Shown: positions 51,801 through 59,945, counted from the first letter of the stretch. The stretch: DNA of 64,000 bases from a virus (IMGVR_UViG_3300039159_000275:4389-68388), one strand, 5' to 3'. The notes: generated by a model from the letters alone, not told the origin. Numbers and translations are program-made.

Positions 51801-54494
51801 GGCGGTAAATTCATCGGTAAAAGTAATATTGCTTCTAAGTTTAAAGGAATTTGGAATGCTGGAGATTTTTCGCCTATAAACTTAAACAGCACATTTGAAG
51901 GAGAATGGTTCTCTACACCATTAAATTATTACTGGTCTGGACAAATCAATGTAATTGTAACACAAACAAGTACATCTTTTAAATTTGAAATGAACTTAGC
52001 ATCAGTTGGTATTGATTGGGAAAATGGTTCTTTGGTTAGAATTGATTTCTTAAATTCAACACCTTCTGGTTTCTATAATTATATTACAAACGGCAAAGTT
52101 TCTAATCTTTATCAAATATTTTATAACTCTGGATTATACACTGTTAATATTGTTTTATTAAGAAGAATTAACAAAACACTTAATGTTAATGATTTAGTTA
52201 TTGATAGAAATTTGGCAATTGGTCCTGAACCAACATCTCAGTCGCATTTAGTGTTTGATAAAAATATTTACAATTGGGAAACAACTAACAATGCTACTTT
52301 TTTTAATGGAATTATTAATTACAATATTACATATGTAACACAAGCAATTAATTCTGTTAATAATGAAATAGTTTTTGATTTATGGTTAAATCCAACTAGC
52401 ACAATAACCGCTTTACCAGGTAATCCCATTATATCATTTAAATTAAATAATGCCGATTTTACAATCTTTACAGCTTTTGACGGTAGTGATTATTTAATCA
52501 ATATACAATATTCATTAAATACAGTTTCTTACATTAGAACTGTTAAAGTAATAACAAACAATTGGCATCATTTATATGTTCAAACAATAAACAATATTTT
52601 TAAATTTGTTTTAGATGGAAATAACGATTTTGTTATTATAAATCCTACAGGAACAATAATAGATTCAGCAAATGTTTGGACAATAACATCATTAAATTAT
52701 TCAAATGGCTATGTTTTAAATAGAAGTTCTATTAGAGAAATTTCTATTGGTAGAAACAAATTCATAAATGCATCAACGTTACATGCTGTATCAGGGGCAA
52801 TTGATCAAATTAGATTTTGGAATAAACAGTTATCAGATGAAGAAATTGCTCTTGTGAAAGATTCTAAATTCTTAGCAAAACGCTTTAAAGATATTGCTGC
52901 ACAAATAACATTTGATGATCCTGCTAGAGAATTTGCAAATATCAATGATGATAAGCTTAGAATATCAATGGTAGAATATGTTTCAAATGTTGTATTAAGA
53001 GAACCTGCAGCAAATGCATTCTTAATATATTTAGATTTTGAATTTGAGCAACTTGAAACATATACGCCTCTTATTAAATTTTCTAACAATAAAATACAAA
53101 ATTTAGGATTTGAAAAACCATATATTGTCTTAGCAACCAATGCTGGGAATAATATAGCTCTTTATATGAATCATGAATTGACGTTTAGTTCGTTTATAAT
53201 AATAAATCCAGCTTCTCCTGGCCTATTCCCAGTGATTGCGCTGCCTGCAACATTTTATTCTTCAACTAATATTAATAACAAATTGTTCTCATATGAAGCT
53301 GAATCATCTAATGGTTTTTCTAATTTATCGGAACATGGTTTTACATTCATAGCAAATACAGCTGTATGGTCAATTGCTCCACCAAGATTTGTAGTTAAGT
53401 TTGTAAATGATGGAATTAATTCATATGTTGAAATACAAGTTAGTTATGGTAATGCACTAACAACAGTGTTTGCAACACAAAATTTATCGAGTTTAATTCC
53501 ACCTCAACAAATTGTTGGACCTTTTTCAAAATATTCAGTATCTACAACTATAAATGATATTGGTGATTTAAAAATTAATGTTATTGTTAATTTTAATATT
53601 TATGCATTGCCTGTATTATCATTAACAATACCTAATCCATTCCCAATAAATGCAATAATATATGTAGCAGCTTGTTCTGGTTCTTATATTACTAAATTTA
53701 AAAATAGAAAAGCTGAAGATTTCCAATATCTTAATAGTGTTGAATATGGTGTATCAAACAAATTATACATAACACAAGATAGATTTATTTTAAATAAATC
53801 AACTTCTTATGCTGATCTAACAGAATTCAATTTAGATTTTGGCATATTCAACATTGGAAATAAAGCAATAGTTCATTTTGGTGATGATACTGTTTCTAAT
53901 ATTTCATCATTAAGTTTAATTAAATACAATGTTATTAATATTTATAAAAATCCTGCGAGTTTAACTCTTGAAAGTATTAATAATTTAATAATTGGCGATA
54001 ATACTGATTTGAATTTGTTAAGTTTTATTAATCAAGAAAATTACCAAAGCTATTCAGATTATTTTATTATTTATCCAAATATCGGAGATTATGGTGTAGT
54101 TATTCAATCAAGTGGTACTGCTGGTACTGCTGGTATTATTACTGAAATATCAGGTTATGGTACACCTGCAGCAGTTACTAATTTTAAATATTTCTTAGGA
54201 GATGGATTAAGCAATTTAAGAAAAAGTGATCAATATGGAACAAATTTAGAAATATATCCAGCACCAGTTACTCCATTAGATTATGTAATTAGTGAAACAT
54301 TCATATTAAAAACTGATGGTACTCCAAGATGGACAATAGATCAAGTAACATTTACAAGTTCATTCAATAATGGTAATTATGTATCAAAAATTTGGAGAGC
54401 AGGTGTATTTAACAACGGTATTATAAACGTTGGAGATTTTATTTGGAAATGGGGTATTTCTAACGGCGGAACTATTTCTGATCCAGGTGTTTAA
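42888..54494 (+). CDS. giant 3868-aa putative virion protein with W-x-x-G pentapeptide repeat blocks, propeller-like middle and a LamG-like domain
   Basis: single open frame; WxNGxW repeats; FDLWLNP...WHHL...GAIDQIRFWNKQLSDEEI (about 52370-52850); GT(S/A)G tracts; AATATATA upstream. Confidence 0.8.
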   Translation: MANSVKLLNYVDPDGDFIKFYTELNSDIIVGDKVFIVGGSYDNTNLAITDPYNEFAAGYTVIAADLTNISNSITLNIKYNDLRFSNNPTSTLFEPLSVYQSRTESFININNNNEAFITKNRFIKGEFNGGRFLDGVFGEYQRYEKNEEILYKAEITSSNIDITSLNDIETYFYNYNVVERPIPIEEFKTYFNRKNENEPAILSGGIFLGGNWQWGEWNTKYPSNQIGKVQQLNALGGIRNPLDESKFNIAEFTNNYNNLGYNIVSSGNFGQVWKGYVGAYFDAVNNQIVLDFIPYVLKRSLRNGFNVQLDIEVLVEYAAYRNSKKFLIDFNPTPNSSDFTLLNSNILRVYEKIYDDPSFGTDAFRSIQLQILISDPDQVLLSDPAKRKISEIAPLRKSKRNRFLTGRSQDSDFFNGLWRSGQYQGGEFWGGEFISGRIGSELRRTTWHDGHFNSTINTGFANDVFWIDGVWNDGAWEGARNFRVNALIKLPIINGIRNTNLQLDYKWENMFKVGEIVLLSYFKNSNSTLYLNNWSNDYKENLLEFQSFTILNITRDFENKRLLLTIDLDLDIINNINLTTNVLTEQIVDINYQFARVSNSYFANGTWNNGNWQNGYFNGNLKPLSIVSYTQNTLTIQVADVTGLKSGQMIGLTNIKLEYQFNYITLLGSTLGTAAGGVDVDDRPNVEYWLNLQQSLAILDIDIFNNLIILDLSTVLEIIQEDVTIVNVAEYYPNENDKRPGLTGYTTQIWNNGTFNTGVWENGVWKDGIFKNIFVEDPTNAQNKSIWRSGVWLNGNWNGGVFLSGIWEAGVWVNGIMTNGWKRSTTFWNVVGSWQQGDSIWYNGEWMNGRWLRGVWKDGIFENGTIENAGIDEIEIVNGSYLNGKLDNNGNTIFSNELNINNTLNSAPSLIFIDQEGWVQMDQSSWYQIDYNVIIKDLTLRPNVFNDQMFNVLNRNKTASQIRISIAGANGTNGVDIPQNIIDNSLPIVVIRDIVDIIESDPNVFWFADTSYKRIIEVDENFSPKKIRAISKIINDEIERADLVYGQILKMTTDNVLDQNNLTRTRYTYVLETTRLIRINKDTLALEIIITFATLQQDSTINLVEWIDIFVYPAKIGISETVFILAKIKVDLGNSFQDQFKIISYNIDTKIYAILEYTGALINDATILNEWLTGLTANNLNLNDLKIKGFSLGDALNLFYKLPIDILSNSRTFNTNNIQRQRLSFVNNAWTISEYQINVIPNVSLLIGNTAYLFKDFAVRVLSPAFRYFLLSSNGLDIYYTKDNNSLIPLVTNVNVENIDFGINKILSIRKEFGENMSPVIIPQQTKRFGAINRHSDIRVLESVNSLPLPNTVVQWYVDQPTNRLLKLQEAKAPFLYDSIDEYGIENVSFNKILYITNTINFNRLVYIEEDVIGLKFIKYFNKIGPSTNTINVIPSGPPNASGPPNDLLIYDFELTAIGTTSVFKDAYYYQNYLYILYTHNSLYFYDIYRVDGQLTDHKYNLALPFSDAIKISHAGESIGNQTISIFTDNRIVYFSNQTTIKDNNNNIIFGTVPNEKIIDFGFFITNQKKYLYVATFNDQDQYYRIIRVSKKYFNSTVIAWPGDNYTGNNNTYDVVYISTTPIETLYSNVGFIEKMVVNSRDRIDLLSLEYSKNQLQKVNNLIFNDEITYWVGDSSSRVVNYNNYGTSGNIKNLDFGQYKQPFEFGKYIRNANSIKYLEWAGNKYLIFIDEDFNSTKKELRAIDLVANALSDSEDVEILTMLSGNDDVINIKDLFGDYYYAPVFVPFGTNGTAGTAGTSGFFIPPGLVGTENYELVDIWTKNISETGVLKMLVRNINNNDNYIMSLYHTTQGATSLNYQFISSSQNFRNLSSNSNDLTNDVFLSTNNEIYSFISNNLTLIQTLPENIDNLFVNYGTAGIYGTSGYEHIYAISNSSTNTNGRLYRIDKNNLSYNTPVFDDNSTIFDGIDWAESDYDLDRVIIKTNYDVNRIKTSSVNNIISGIIKVAKFGNNIFAHTSTKLIKLNTTTVNYVELEITSIEVNIKKVVALTDNLCYALYANGVIVEYDFSLLTATVLAITPIYYDPAYYYTAVDIAKQSGKLAILYRILSFANGQSQNNSYCDVWLYDTAIAGTNGFAKQNFSYDFSNDPLDPQVSTSGFIPIYGTTGFSTSGFSTSGFSTSGTSGTSGLIVPIIEAIIDVIANVPYDIYDNGRDYSFKGQLLNGNNINLWVYSTSGYAWKVDNQNTLVPFINNLLSVTSGEEFDIIADDIWAIKKNQTTFIANDNQFTYNTVTQTTDGDIFTFAEVINFEYCYNVTDIVTSQLFVLIPKQTFNWSITSSFSLTPGKEVFEINSYPTTPLVDYTTEFDGTAIFKSYSAFNTSNVQISPHVSGRVLYNTIWRNGQFNVGVNSSNSAYTAHLVSSRWLSGTFKGSWDTPDYIDHMAIREESVFLGGSFGEQIFGDSNSSLTAIWNDGLFLGGTWKSGQFNDGHFFAENQILIENIIFPNLVINQITDARWDYNRQMFKIEIDHIKWNPTTSDYEKTLGTLAKYNLIQIPGLFNQIRINILELRKNKYSISGFDEIILICTKPLFEYTTNWLENQYIYISGLSTYVEYLYGEHFVTDSFTYQNQLWITIRSNFNRFNAQGKVVFTTNRKPYIGIDLLRIQDLTFSTDSKSSTIWFNLPVSSGEFISQVNFIKSALIIESLDIIADTFIADSGTNGTAGTAGILTVAQDYGAIVIDETLQVFSRSVNGGNNSISINSTTLMNTILLNNVTSVNYTGTTDLYDLTVYNSNINSTSNTTVVNFNILNSLFMSGSTNIPTKNVGWLNKDAKGFSFSNSSFSGLSATGDWGQILNFEIDQFDNQLFVLELLKPLDDLNPNQYIYVRGFSGNKANQIGSAISRAFRVVKIEQNKIFIKNPFRLYNQENIVSDRIYRTAFDSNELITYTQAMNLRRDLIFDFKYAYVSTNAWNGGKFIGKSNIASKFKGIWNAGDFSPINLNSTFEGEWFSTPLNYYWSGQINVIVTQTSTSFKFEMNLASVGIDWENGSLVRIDFLNSTPSGFYNYITNGKVSNLYQIFYNSGLYTVNIVLLRRINKTLNVNDLVIDRNLAIGPEPTSQSHLVFDKNIYNWETTNNATFFNGIINYNITYVTQAINSVNNEIVFDLWLNPTSTITALPGNPIISFKLNNADFTIFTAFDGSDYLINIQYSLNTVSYIRTVKVITNNWHHLYVQTINNIFKFVLDGNNDFVIINPTGTIIDSANVWTITSLNYSNGYVLNRSSIREISIGRNKFINASTLHAVSGAIDQIRFWNKQLSDEEIALVKDSKFLAKRFKDIAAQITFDDPAREFANINDDKLRISMVEYVSNVVLREPAANAFLIYLDFEFEQLETYTPLIKFSNNKIQNLGFEKPYIVLATNAGNNIALYMNHELTFSSFIIINPASPGLFPVIALPATFYSSTNINNKLFSYEAESSNGFSNLSEHGFTFIANTAVWSIAPPRFVVKFVNDGINSYVEIQVSYGNALTTVFATQNLSSLIPPQQIVGPFSKYSVSTTINDIGDLKINVIVNFNIYALPVLSLTIPNPFPINAIIYVAACSGSYITKFKNRKAEDFQYLNSVEYGVSNKLYITQDRFILNKSTSYADLTEFNLDFGIFNIGNKAIVHFGDDTVSNISSLSLIKYNVINIYKNPASLTLESINNLIIGDNTDLNLLSFINQENYQSYSDYFIIYPNIGDYGVVIQSSGTAGTAGIITEISGYGTPAAVTNFKYFLGDGLSNLRKSDQYGTNLEIYPAPVTPLDYVISETFILKTDGTPRWTIDQVTFTSSFNNGNYVSKIWRAGVFNNGIINVGDFIWKWGISNGGTISDPGV
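49381..49449 (+). repeat. 15-bp x3 and 9-bp tandem repeats encoding GFSTS / GTS
   Basis: ctggtttttcaacct x3 then caggtacat x2. Confidence 0.85.
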
Positions 54495-54521
54495 AGTAAA
54501 ATTTTTAATATATAATGTATA

Positions 54522-57431
54522 ATGGCACAAGAAAATTTTTCAAGTAATTATTGGTTAGGAGGTTATCATACTGGCGGTAAAATACGTGGTGCAAATTGGT
54601 TAAGAGGCCGTTGGTCGGGTGGTAATTGGGATAAAGGTAATTTTTTTAGTGTTGATTTAACAATAGATTGGTCTGGTATAAATAAAAATTTATGGTCTAA
54701 ATGGTCGGGTGGAGTTTGGAGAAGTAATTCTCAAGATTATACTTTCACTGAATATGGATTGACAAGTGAATGGTCTATTTGGCATGGAGGTACTTGGGAA
54801 AGTTCGGTTTTTCCAAAACAAAAATATTCTTGGCAAGGACCTTTTATTAATGCTGTTAATATTTATGGAGATTTAACACCTTATGATTGTGATATTCCTT
54901 CCAATAATATATTGCCTAAAAGGACAATTTATTTACCTTCTCCAAAAAGTTTATGGTTAAGTGGTCAATGGTTACGTGGTGATTTTAAAGGTGGAATATT
55001 TTCGGGTGGAGTTTGGCATAGTTTGAAATGGGAACCATCTCAATATGAATATTTAGATAATTTATTTTTCTTATATGGTGCAGGTATTTTACCTTTTCCA
55101 ATAGAAATTATAAATATTGATGGTAATAATTATAATTTTATTGATAATGATAATGAAGATCAAATTTTTACTATCTTTTTATATAATGATGCTGAATTCT
55201 TTACAATAAATTTATCTATTCAATATAAAGAAAATAATTCTAATTTTTATCAAGGAGCATTTGTTAACTCTATATGGGAAGGTGGAGTTGTTTTAGATAC
55301 TTCAAACGATCCATTTAATAGCATGTTTGGCATGGCTATTGATACAGAAACATCTTTAATTCAAGACGACTCAGGTGTAAGAGGACCAATTGGATTTCTT
55401 GAATCTAATCAATTATTATATAAACGATACTATGGTCAAAAAATGTTAGATTTTTCTAGATATTATGATAATAATAATGCTAATACAATTAATCAAATCA
55501 TTTCAATTCGTAATGGAACAACTTATTGGATTCCATCTAAATATGAAACTGGTGGAGTTTATTCTGTAATATGGAAACGCGGTAAATTTAAAAATGGTGC
55601 GTTTATGTATGGACAATGGTATGATTATAATGATACTCATATTCTTAATACTTCATATTCAACAGATGGATATATTGCAGTAACATATGATGATTATAAT
55701 ATTTTAAATTTGCCAATCTATTGGTCAGTTTTTGAAAAAGGATTTTTCTATAATTCGACTTGGTTTAATGGTGTTTTTTTAGCAAAAAACAGCACATCTT
55801 ATAAAAAATCTGTTTTCTCTAAATCACAATGGATGACTGGATATTGGGCAACTGGAGAAAATAATGCAAATAATTCATCTAATAATAGAAATATAACAAA
55901 TGCAGATTTTTGGAAATCGGTTTGGTATTCTGGTATTTGGGAAGGTGGTAAAATGACTATGTCAACTTGGAATGCATTCAATCCTTACTCTTTTGACATT
56001 AATTTAGAAAACAATCTTATTGCAAAAAATATCGAAACAAATGATATTCCATTTGCTAATATTGAAAACAACCCATTAGGTTTAGTTAATGAGTTAGTAT
56101 ATTTTAATCCAAACGGATCAAATACAACCGCGTTTAATGGATTTATTAATGATGTTTCAAAAATAGATCTTATTAAAATTCAATCGATTGAAAGTTTTGA
56201 TTTTAATGAATTAACAGTATCTAATTTAGATTTTTATATTGAAGGTGAAGGTGATACTTCTGGATATGATTTTAATATTGATGATGACAGTGGTACATCA
56301 GGATTACCATATGTATATTTAAATAATGCTGATGAATTCTTTATAAATGATACAGCTGTCAATCAATTGTTTTTAAGATATGCTGGTAGGGTTGATAATT
56401 TTAGCTCTCGTTGGAAAAATGGAAATGCTAAAGGTAATATGTGGAATGGTGGTATTTGGTCAAGCGGAGTGTTTGAATCATATTATTTTACTGATTATCC
56501 AAATTACATAATGGAAAGAAGAACAAACATAATTGTTCAATATGATTGGTTTGATGATAATGTTATTAATTTAAACATTGTTGATAAAATTCAACAAGCT
56601 GTTTGGCAAAGAGGTCTTTGGTATGGTGGTTATATGAAAGGCAATTCATATATGACAGCATTATCTGCTTTTAAAGGCGATAACAATGTTGGTTTTACTT
56701 TATCATTAAATAACAAATTTGTATTTAATGATGATCTTTTAACAGGTCAGTATAATGTGCCTACTGCAGAAATTGTTAGTTTAAGACCTAATAATTATAC
56801 AAGTTTCTTTACACGTAAATCATTAAGAGATTGTGATGTTCCATATTTTAGTGTGTTTAATGGTCAAATGTTATCTGGCGTATTTTATGATCTTAATAAA
56901 AATGGAAAAGATACACCAGCTTTTGGAACAATTGCTTTTGCTGATGATTTAACACTTGCGCCAACAGGCGCTACATTTGGCAGAGTAGCTTATAATACTT
57001 CTAAAAATCCAGATGCTATGTTTGATAATGATCCAATAATTGCAAACTCTCCAAATTTATCATTTAGAGTTAAAAACACTTTTAATACTGGTGGTATTGA
57101 TATTAATATTGCTGCGCCACTTGCTTTTGATAGTATAAATTTAACATTAAACTATACTTTAACTACTCAACAATACGTTGATTTGTATTATTATAATAGT
57201 ATGCAAACAATTGTACAAGCAACTGGTAATGATTCTAATTATAATATTAGACATGCAACTAAAATGCCAGTCGCAGACAGTGATATGCCTAAGTGGACAG
57301 ACATATTACCATATACTGAAGCAACAACTGGAGGTAGAATTCCATCAACAGCTCAAGGTGATGGAGATAAAGAATTGCTATATGACCCTAAAATGCCAAA
57401 TATATGGTTAGATTCTGGTTATGGTCAATAA
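54522..57431 (+). CDS. 969-aa W-x-x-G repeat protein, putative virion partner of the giant protein
   Basis: WLGG, WLRGRWSGGNWDKG, WYSGIWEGG blocks; AATATATA at 54507-54514. Confidence 0.75.
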   Translation: MAQENFSSNYWLGGYHTGGKIRGANWLRGRWSGGNWDKGNFFSVDLTIDWSGINKNLWSKWSGGVWRSNSQDYTFTEYGLTSEWSIWHGGTWESSVFPKQKYSWQGPFINAVNIYGDLTPYDCDIPSNNILPKRTIYLPSPKSLWLSGQWLRGDFKGGIFSGGVWHSLKWEPSQYEYLDNLFFLYGAGILPFPIEIINIDGNNYNFIDNDNEDQIFTIFLYNDAEFFTINLSIQYKENNSNFYQGAFVNSIWEGGVVLDTSNDPFNSMFGMAIDTETSLIQDDSGVRGPIGFLESNQLLYKRYYGQKMLDFSRYYDNNNANTINQIISIRNGTTYWIPSKYETGGVYSVIWKRGKFKNGAFMYGQWYDYNDTHILNTSYSTDGYIAVTYDDYNILNLPIYWSVFEKGFFYNSTWFNGVFLAKNSTSYKKSVFSKSQWMTGYWATGENNANNSSNNRNITNADFWKSVWYSGIWEGGKMTMSTWNAFNPYSFDINLENNLIAKNIETNDIPFANIENNPLGLVNELVYFNPNGSNTTAFNGFINDVSKIDLIKIQSIESFDFNELTVSNLDFYIEGEGDTSGYDFNIDDDSGTSGLPYVYLNNADEFFINDTAVNQLFLRYAGRVDNFSSRWKNGNAKGNMWNGGIWSSGVFESYYFTDYPNYIMERRTNIIVQYDWFDDNVINLNIVDKIQQAVWQRGLWYGGYMKGNSYMTALSAFKGDNNVGFTLSLNNKFVFNDDLLTGQYNVPTAEIVSLRPNNYTSFFTRKSLRDCDVPYFSVFNGQMLSGVFYDLNKNGKDTPAFGTIAFADDLTLAPTGATFGRVAYNTSKNPDAMFDNDPIIANSPNLSFRVKNTFNTGGIDINIAAPLAFDSINLTLNYTLTTQQYVDLYYYNSMQTIVQATGNDSNYNIRHATKMPVADSDMPKWTDILPYTEATTGGRIPSTAQGDGDKELLYDPKMPNIWLDSGYGQ

Positions 57432-57460
57432 ATAAATATTAAAATATGATTATGTGATGT

Positions 57461-57868
57461 ATGATTAAAAAACATATTGAATTATTAAAGCAGTGTTATA
57501 ATCAAGTAAATTCACTTTACAATCAATATCGTTATGTTATATTATTACTAATTATAGCAGCATTTTGTTTTCAAGCAGCAAATGAATTAGTATATCTTAG
57601 AAATTTTTATTTTAATCAAGAAGTGTTTGATTTAAATATGATACCTAAAGGTGTTGTTGTTTGGATTTATCCAAAGAATAAGAGTTTAAATGCATTACAA
57701 CCAGATTCTTTAAAGATAAAAAATCTGACTACTAATATAACTTCTTTAAATTATAATGTTGACATTTGGATTGTAGCTATTCATACAACAGAAAATAAGA
57801 TTATTAAAATAGAAGTACCAGATTATTCTATTGATTATTTTAAAATAGGATCATTTGTTGGATATTAA
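57461..57868 (+). CDS. hypothetical membrane-anchored protein
   Basis: 135 aa; hydrophobic YVILLLIIAAFCF segment. Confidence 0.6.
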   Translation: MIKKHIELLKQCYNQVNSLYNQYRYVILLLIIAAFCFQAANELVYLRNFYFNQEVFDLNMIPKGVVVWIYPKNKSLNALQPDSLKIKNLTTNITSLNYNVDIWIVAIHTTENKIIKIEVPDYSIDYFKIGSFVGY

Positions 57869-58377
57869 TAAAGAATTTTATTTAAGCAATACACCGTAGT
57901 AGAAATATCCTCAACAATTGTTTGAACAAAAAATTGAATTAAATAAGTTTGTTTAGACATAATAACTGTATAATATTCTTTTAATACAGCTGTTTTTTCA
58001 TTCTTTAAAAGATTTTCAACTTTCCAGCCTAAACCTTCAAGATTTTCAAAAATGTTTACATTAGAACTGTAATAAGTGTTCATTATAACTTCATGCGATT
58101 TTGCATTTGGAACAAAGTTAAATACTGAAGGTTTATTTCCAACTTGGTATTGTAAATTCTTTTTCTTAGCATTTAAAATGTCATTATTTGGATAAATAGA
58201 TTTTAAATCCATTAAAACAACAAGATCAGAATCTATTGAATTTTTTAAATAACAAATTTTATCAAAAGATATATTTAATTTAACTAATTCATCAACAGTC
58301 TTATCCTTATGTAAAGCAATAAAATCTTCATCAGTTACTATTGAGTTAAAAGCTTCAAATCTTTTTAGATTCTTCAT
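57865..58377 (-). CDS. hypothetical protein, possibly virion-associated
   Basis: starts MKNLKRFEAFN; AATATATA 6 nt upstream. Confidence 0.65.
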   Translation of the reverse strand: MKNLKRFEAFNSIVTDEDFIALHKDKTVDELVKLNISFDKICYLKNSIDSDLVVLMDLKSIYPNNDILNAKKKNLQYQVGNKPSVFNFVPNAKSHEVIMNTYYSSNVNIFENLEGLGWKVENLLKNEKTAVLKEYYTVIMSKQTYLIQFFVQTIVEDISTTVYCLNKILY

Positions 58378-58389
58378 ACTCTTTATATA

Positions 58390-59487
58390 TTACAAATCAA
58401 TAATGTCCATCTTGTCTTTAGCAAAATAATTTTCTAATTGTAATGTGTTATAAGGATTGTTTATCTTTTGTGCCAACTGATTTAAATCTTTTAAGCTTTC
58501 TTGTAATTTAAAAAAACTTTCTTGAGGATTTGGCGACATTTTAGAAAATGCTTTAAAGAATTTATTCCATAAAAACACAGAATAACCTTTTTTAATTAAT
58601 TCTTCTGTTTTCTTTCTACCACTTTTATCATTGTCAAAAAAGAATCTAATTAATAAACCATCTTGCATTAAAAAAGAATAATCAGTATTGACACCAACAA
58701 GAGCTATTGAATTTGGCACAAATAAAGAATCTATAAATCCTTCAAATACTGTGATAGGAACTTCAGGATCAATGTTTAATATATTGTAGATATAACTTAC
58801 TTTGTTATAAGCTTTATATTCATCGTCTGTTAAAGGATTATTAAAGAATTCCCAGCACTCTTGCCAGTTATAAATTTTAAATCTGCGTTTATCTTTTCTT
58901 TTTTCTAAATTGCGCCATTGAAATCCAAGTAATATATCCGATTGTCTATTTAAAGAAACCATTACAGGTTGCCAAACATTTTCAGTTATTTCATATTCGG
59001 CTTCATGAAAATCTGATAAATCTGAGATTTTTCTTTCATAAACCAAATATTTCCAAACAATAGAATTTCTTTCAATAGGTTTAAAATTTCTTAACTTGTA
59101 TGATGGATTTCGATTAAGAAAATCTATTACAGTTTTTAATGAAATTTTTCTATCTAACGAAAAGAATTTCATTTCTTCAACATCATTGGAAGCAGTTTGT
59201 TTGTAAACCGAAATTTGTTGATTTATATTATAAAGAGTTTCTGGATCAACATCTACTTTTACTAATTCTAAAAAAGTTGTGAATGGTACTTTTACATCGC
59301 AGTTATAGCAAACATAAAAGAAGTTTTTCTTATAAAGATGTCCTCTCTTCATATTTGCTTTATCATGAGAGTCTCCACATATAGGACATGCAAATGTCCA
59401 AGATTTGGCAGAATTAACTATTTTCCTTTTTATAGGATTAAGATGATGTTTATTTAAAGCGTTTGATAATATTTCTTCAATTTGCAT
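58390..59487 (-). CDS. DNA primase, T4 gp61-like
   Basis: FACPICGDS...KRGH...YVCYNC zinc ribbon; TOPRIM VFEGFIDSLFVPNSIAL and FFDND. Confidence 0.9.
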   Translation of the reverse strand: MQIEEILSNALNKHHLNPIKRKIVNSAKSWTFACPICGDSHDKANMKRGHLYKKNFFYVCYNCDVKVPFTTFLELVKVDVDPETLYNINQQISVYKQTASNDVEEMKFFSLDRKISLKTVIDFLNRNPSYKLRNFKPIERNSIVWKYLVYERKISDLSDFHEAEYEITENVWQPVMVSLNRQSDILLGFQWRNLEKRKDKRRFKIYNWQECWEFFNNPLTDDEYKAYNKVSYIYNILNIDPEVPITVFEGFIDSLFVPNSIALVGVNTDYSFLMQDGLLIRFFFDNDKSGRKKTEELIKKGYSVFLWNKFFKAFSKMSPNPQESFFKLQESLKDLNQLAQKINNPYNTLQLENYFAKDKMDIIDL

Positions 59488-59536
59488 TGTATTAATATAA
59501 ACGTTTGATGTAAAAAGTTTTCTAAATATATAATTT

Positions 59537-59764
59537 ATGAAACACTTAAAATGTTTTAAAGATGTGGCTAACGAAAATGCAGAACTACATGCGTCATTTA
59601 TAAATCGTAATAGTTCTGCTGGCGCTCCGGGTCAAGAATTGACACCTGCTGGACCATCACCCACTAAGATGTCTCAAACTGAATACGATAGAAAAGTAAA
59701 ACCGGCTTTAAAAACGTTAAGAAAAAAACGTTATGTTTTAAAACAAAGTGGCCGAAAGATATAA
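59537..59764 (+). CDS. small basic protein, possibly virion-associated
   Basis: starts MKHLKCFKDVANE; AATATATA 4 nt upstream; basic C-terminus. Confidence 0.6.
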   Translation: MKHLKCFKDVANENAELHASFINRNSSAGAPGQELTPAGPSPTKMSQTEYDRKVKPALKTLRKKRYVLKQSGRKI

Positions 59765-59945
59765 AATTCTATTAAAACAGTCTTTTAAGATATAAAATTT
59801 TACAAAACATCACTTTCAAAGAATAAAATTTTCTTTTTTTGAACTTTTGTTACATAAAATTTTTTATATCACTATAATTAATATTACATTTGTTCAATTG
59901 CTAGGATAAGTATCGTTAGGCAACTAAAAAGAATTAAGCTATGAA

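Noticed and set aside
797-57411. Short ORFs antisense to or nested in long genes (e.g. 797-1078, 1053-1289, 17882-18247, 22728-22982, 45119-45415, 52805-53140)
   Set aside because: They overlap well-supported genes and show no recognisable motifs; treated as shadow ORFs.
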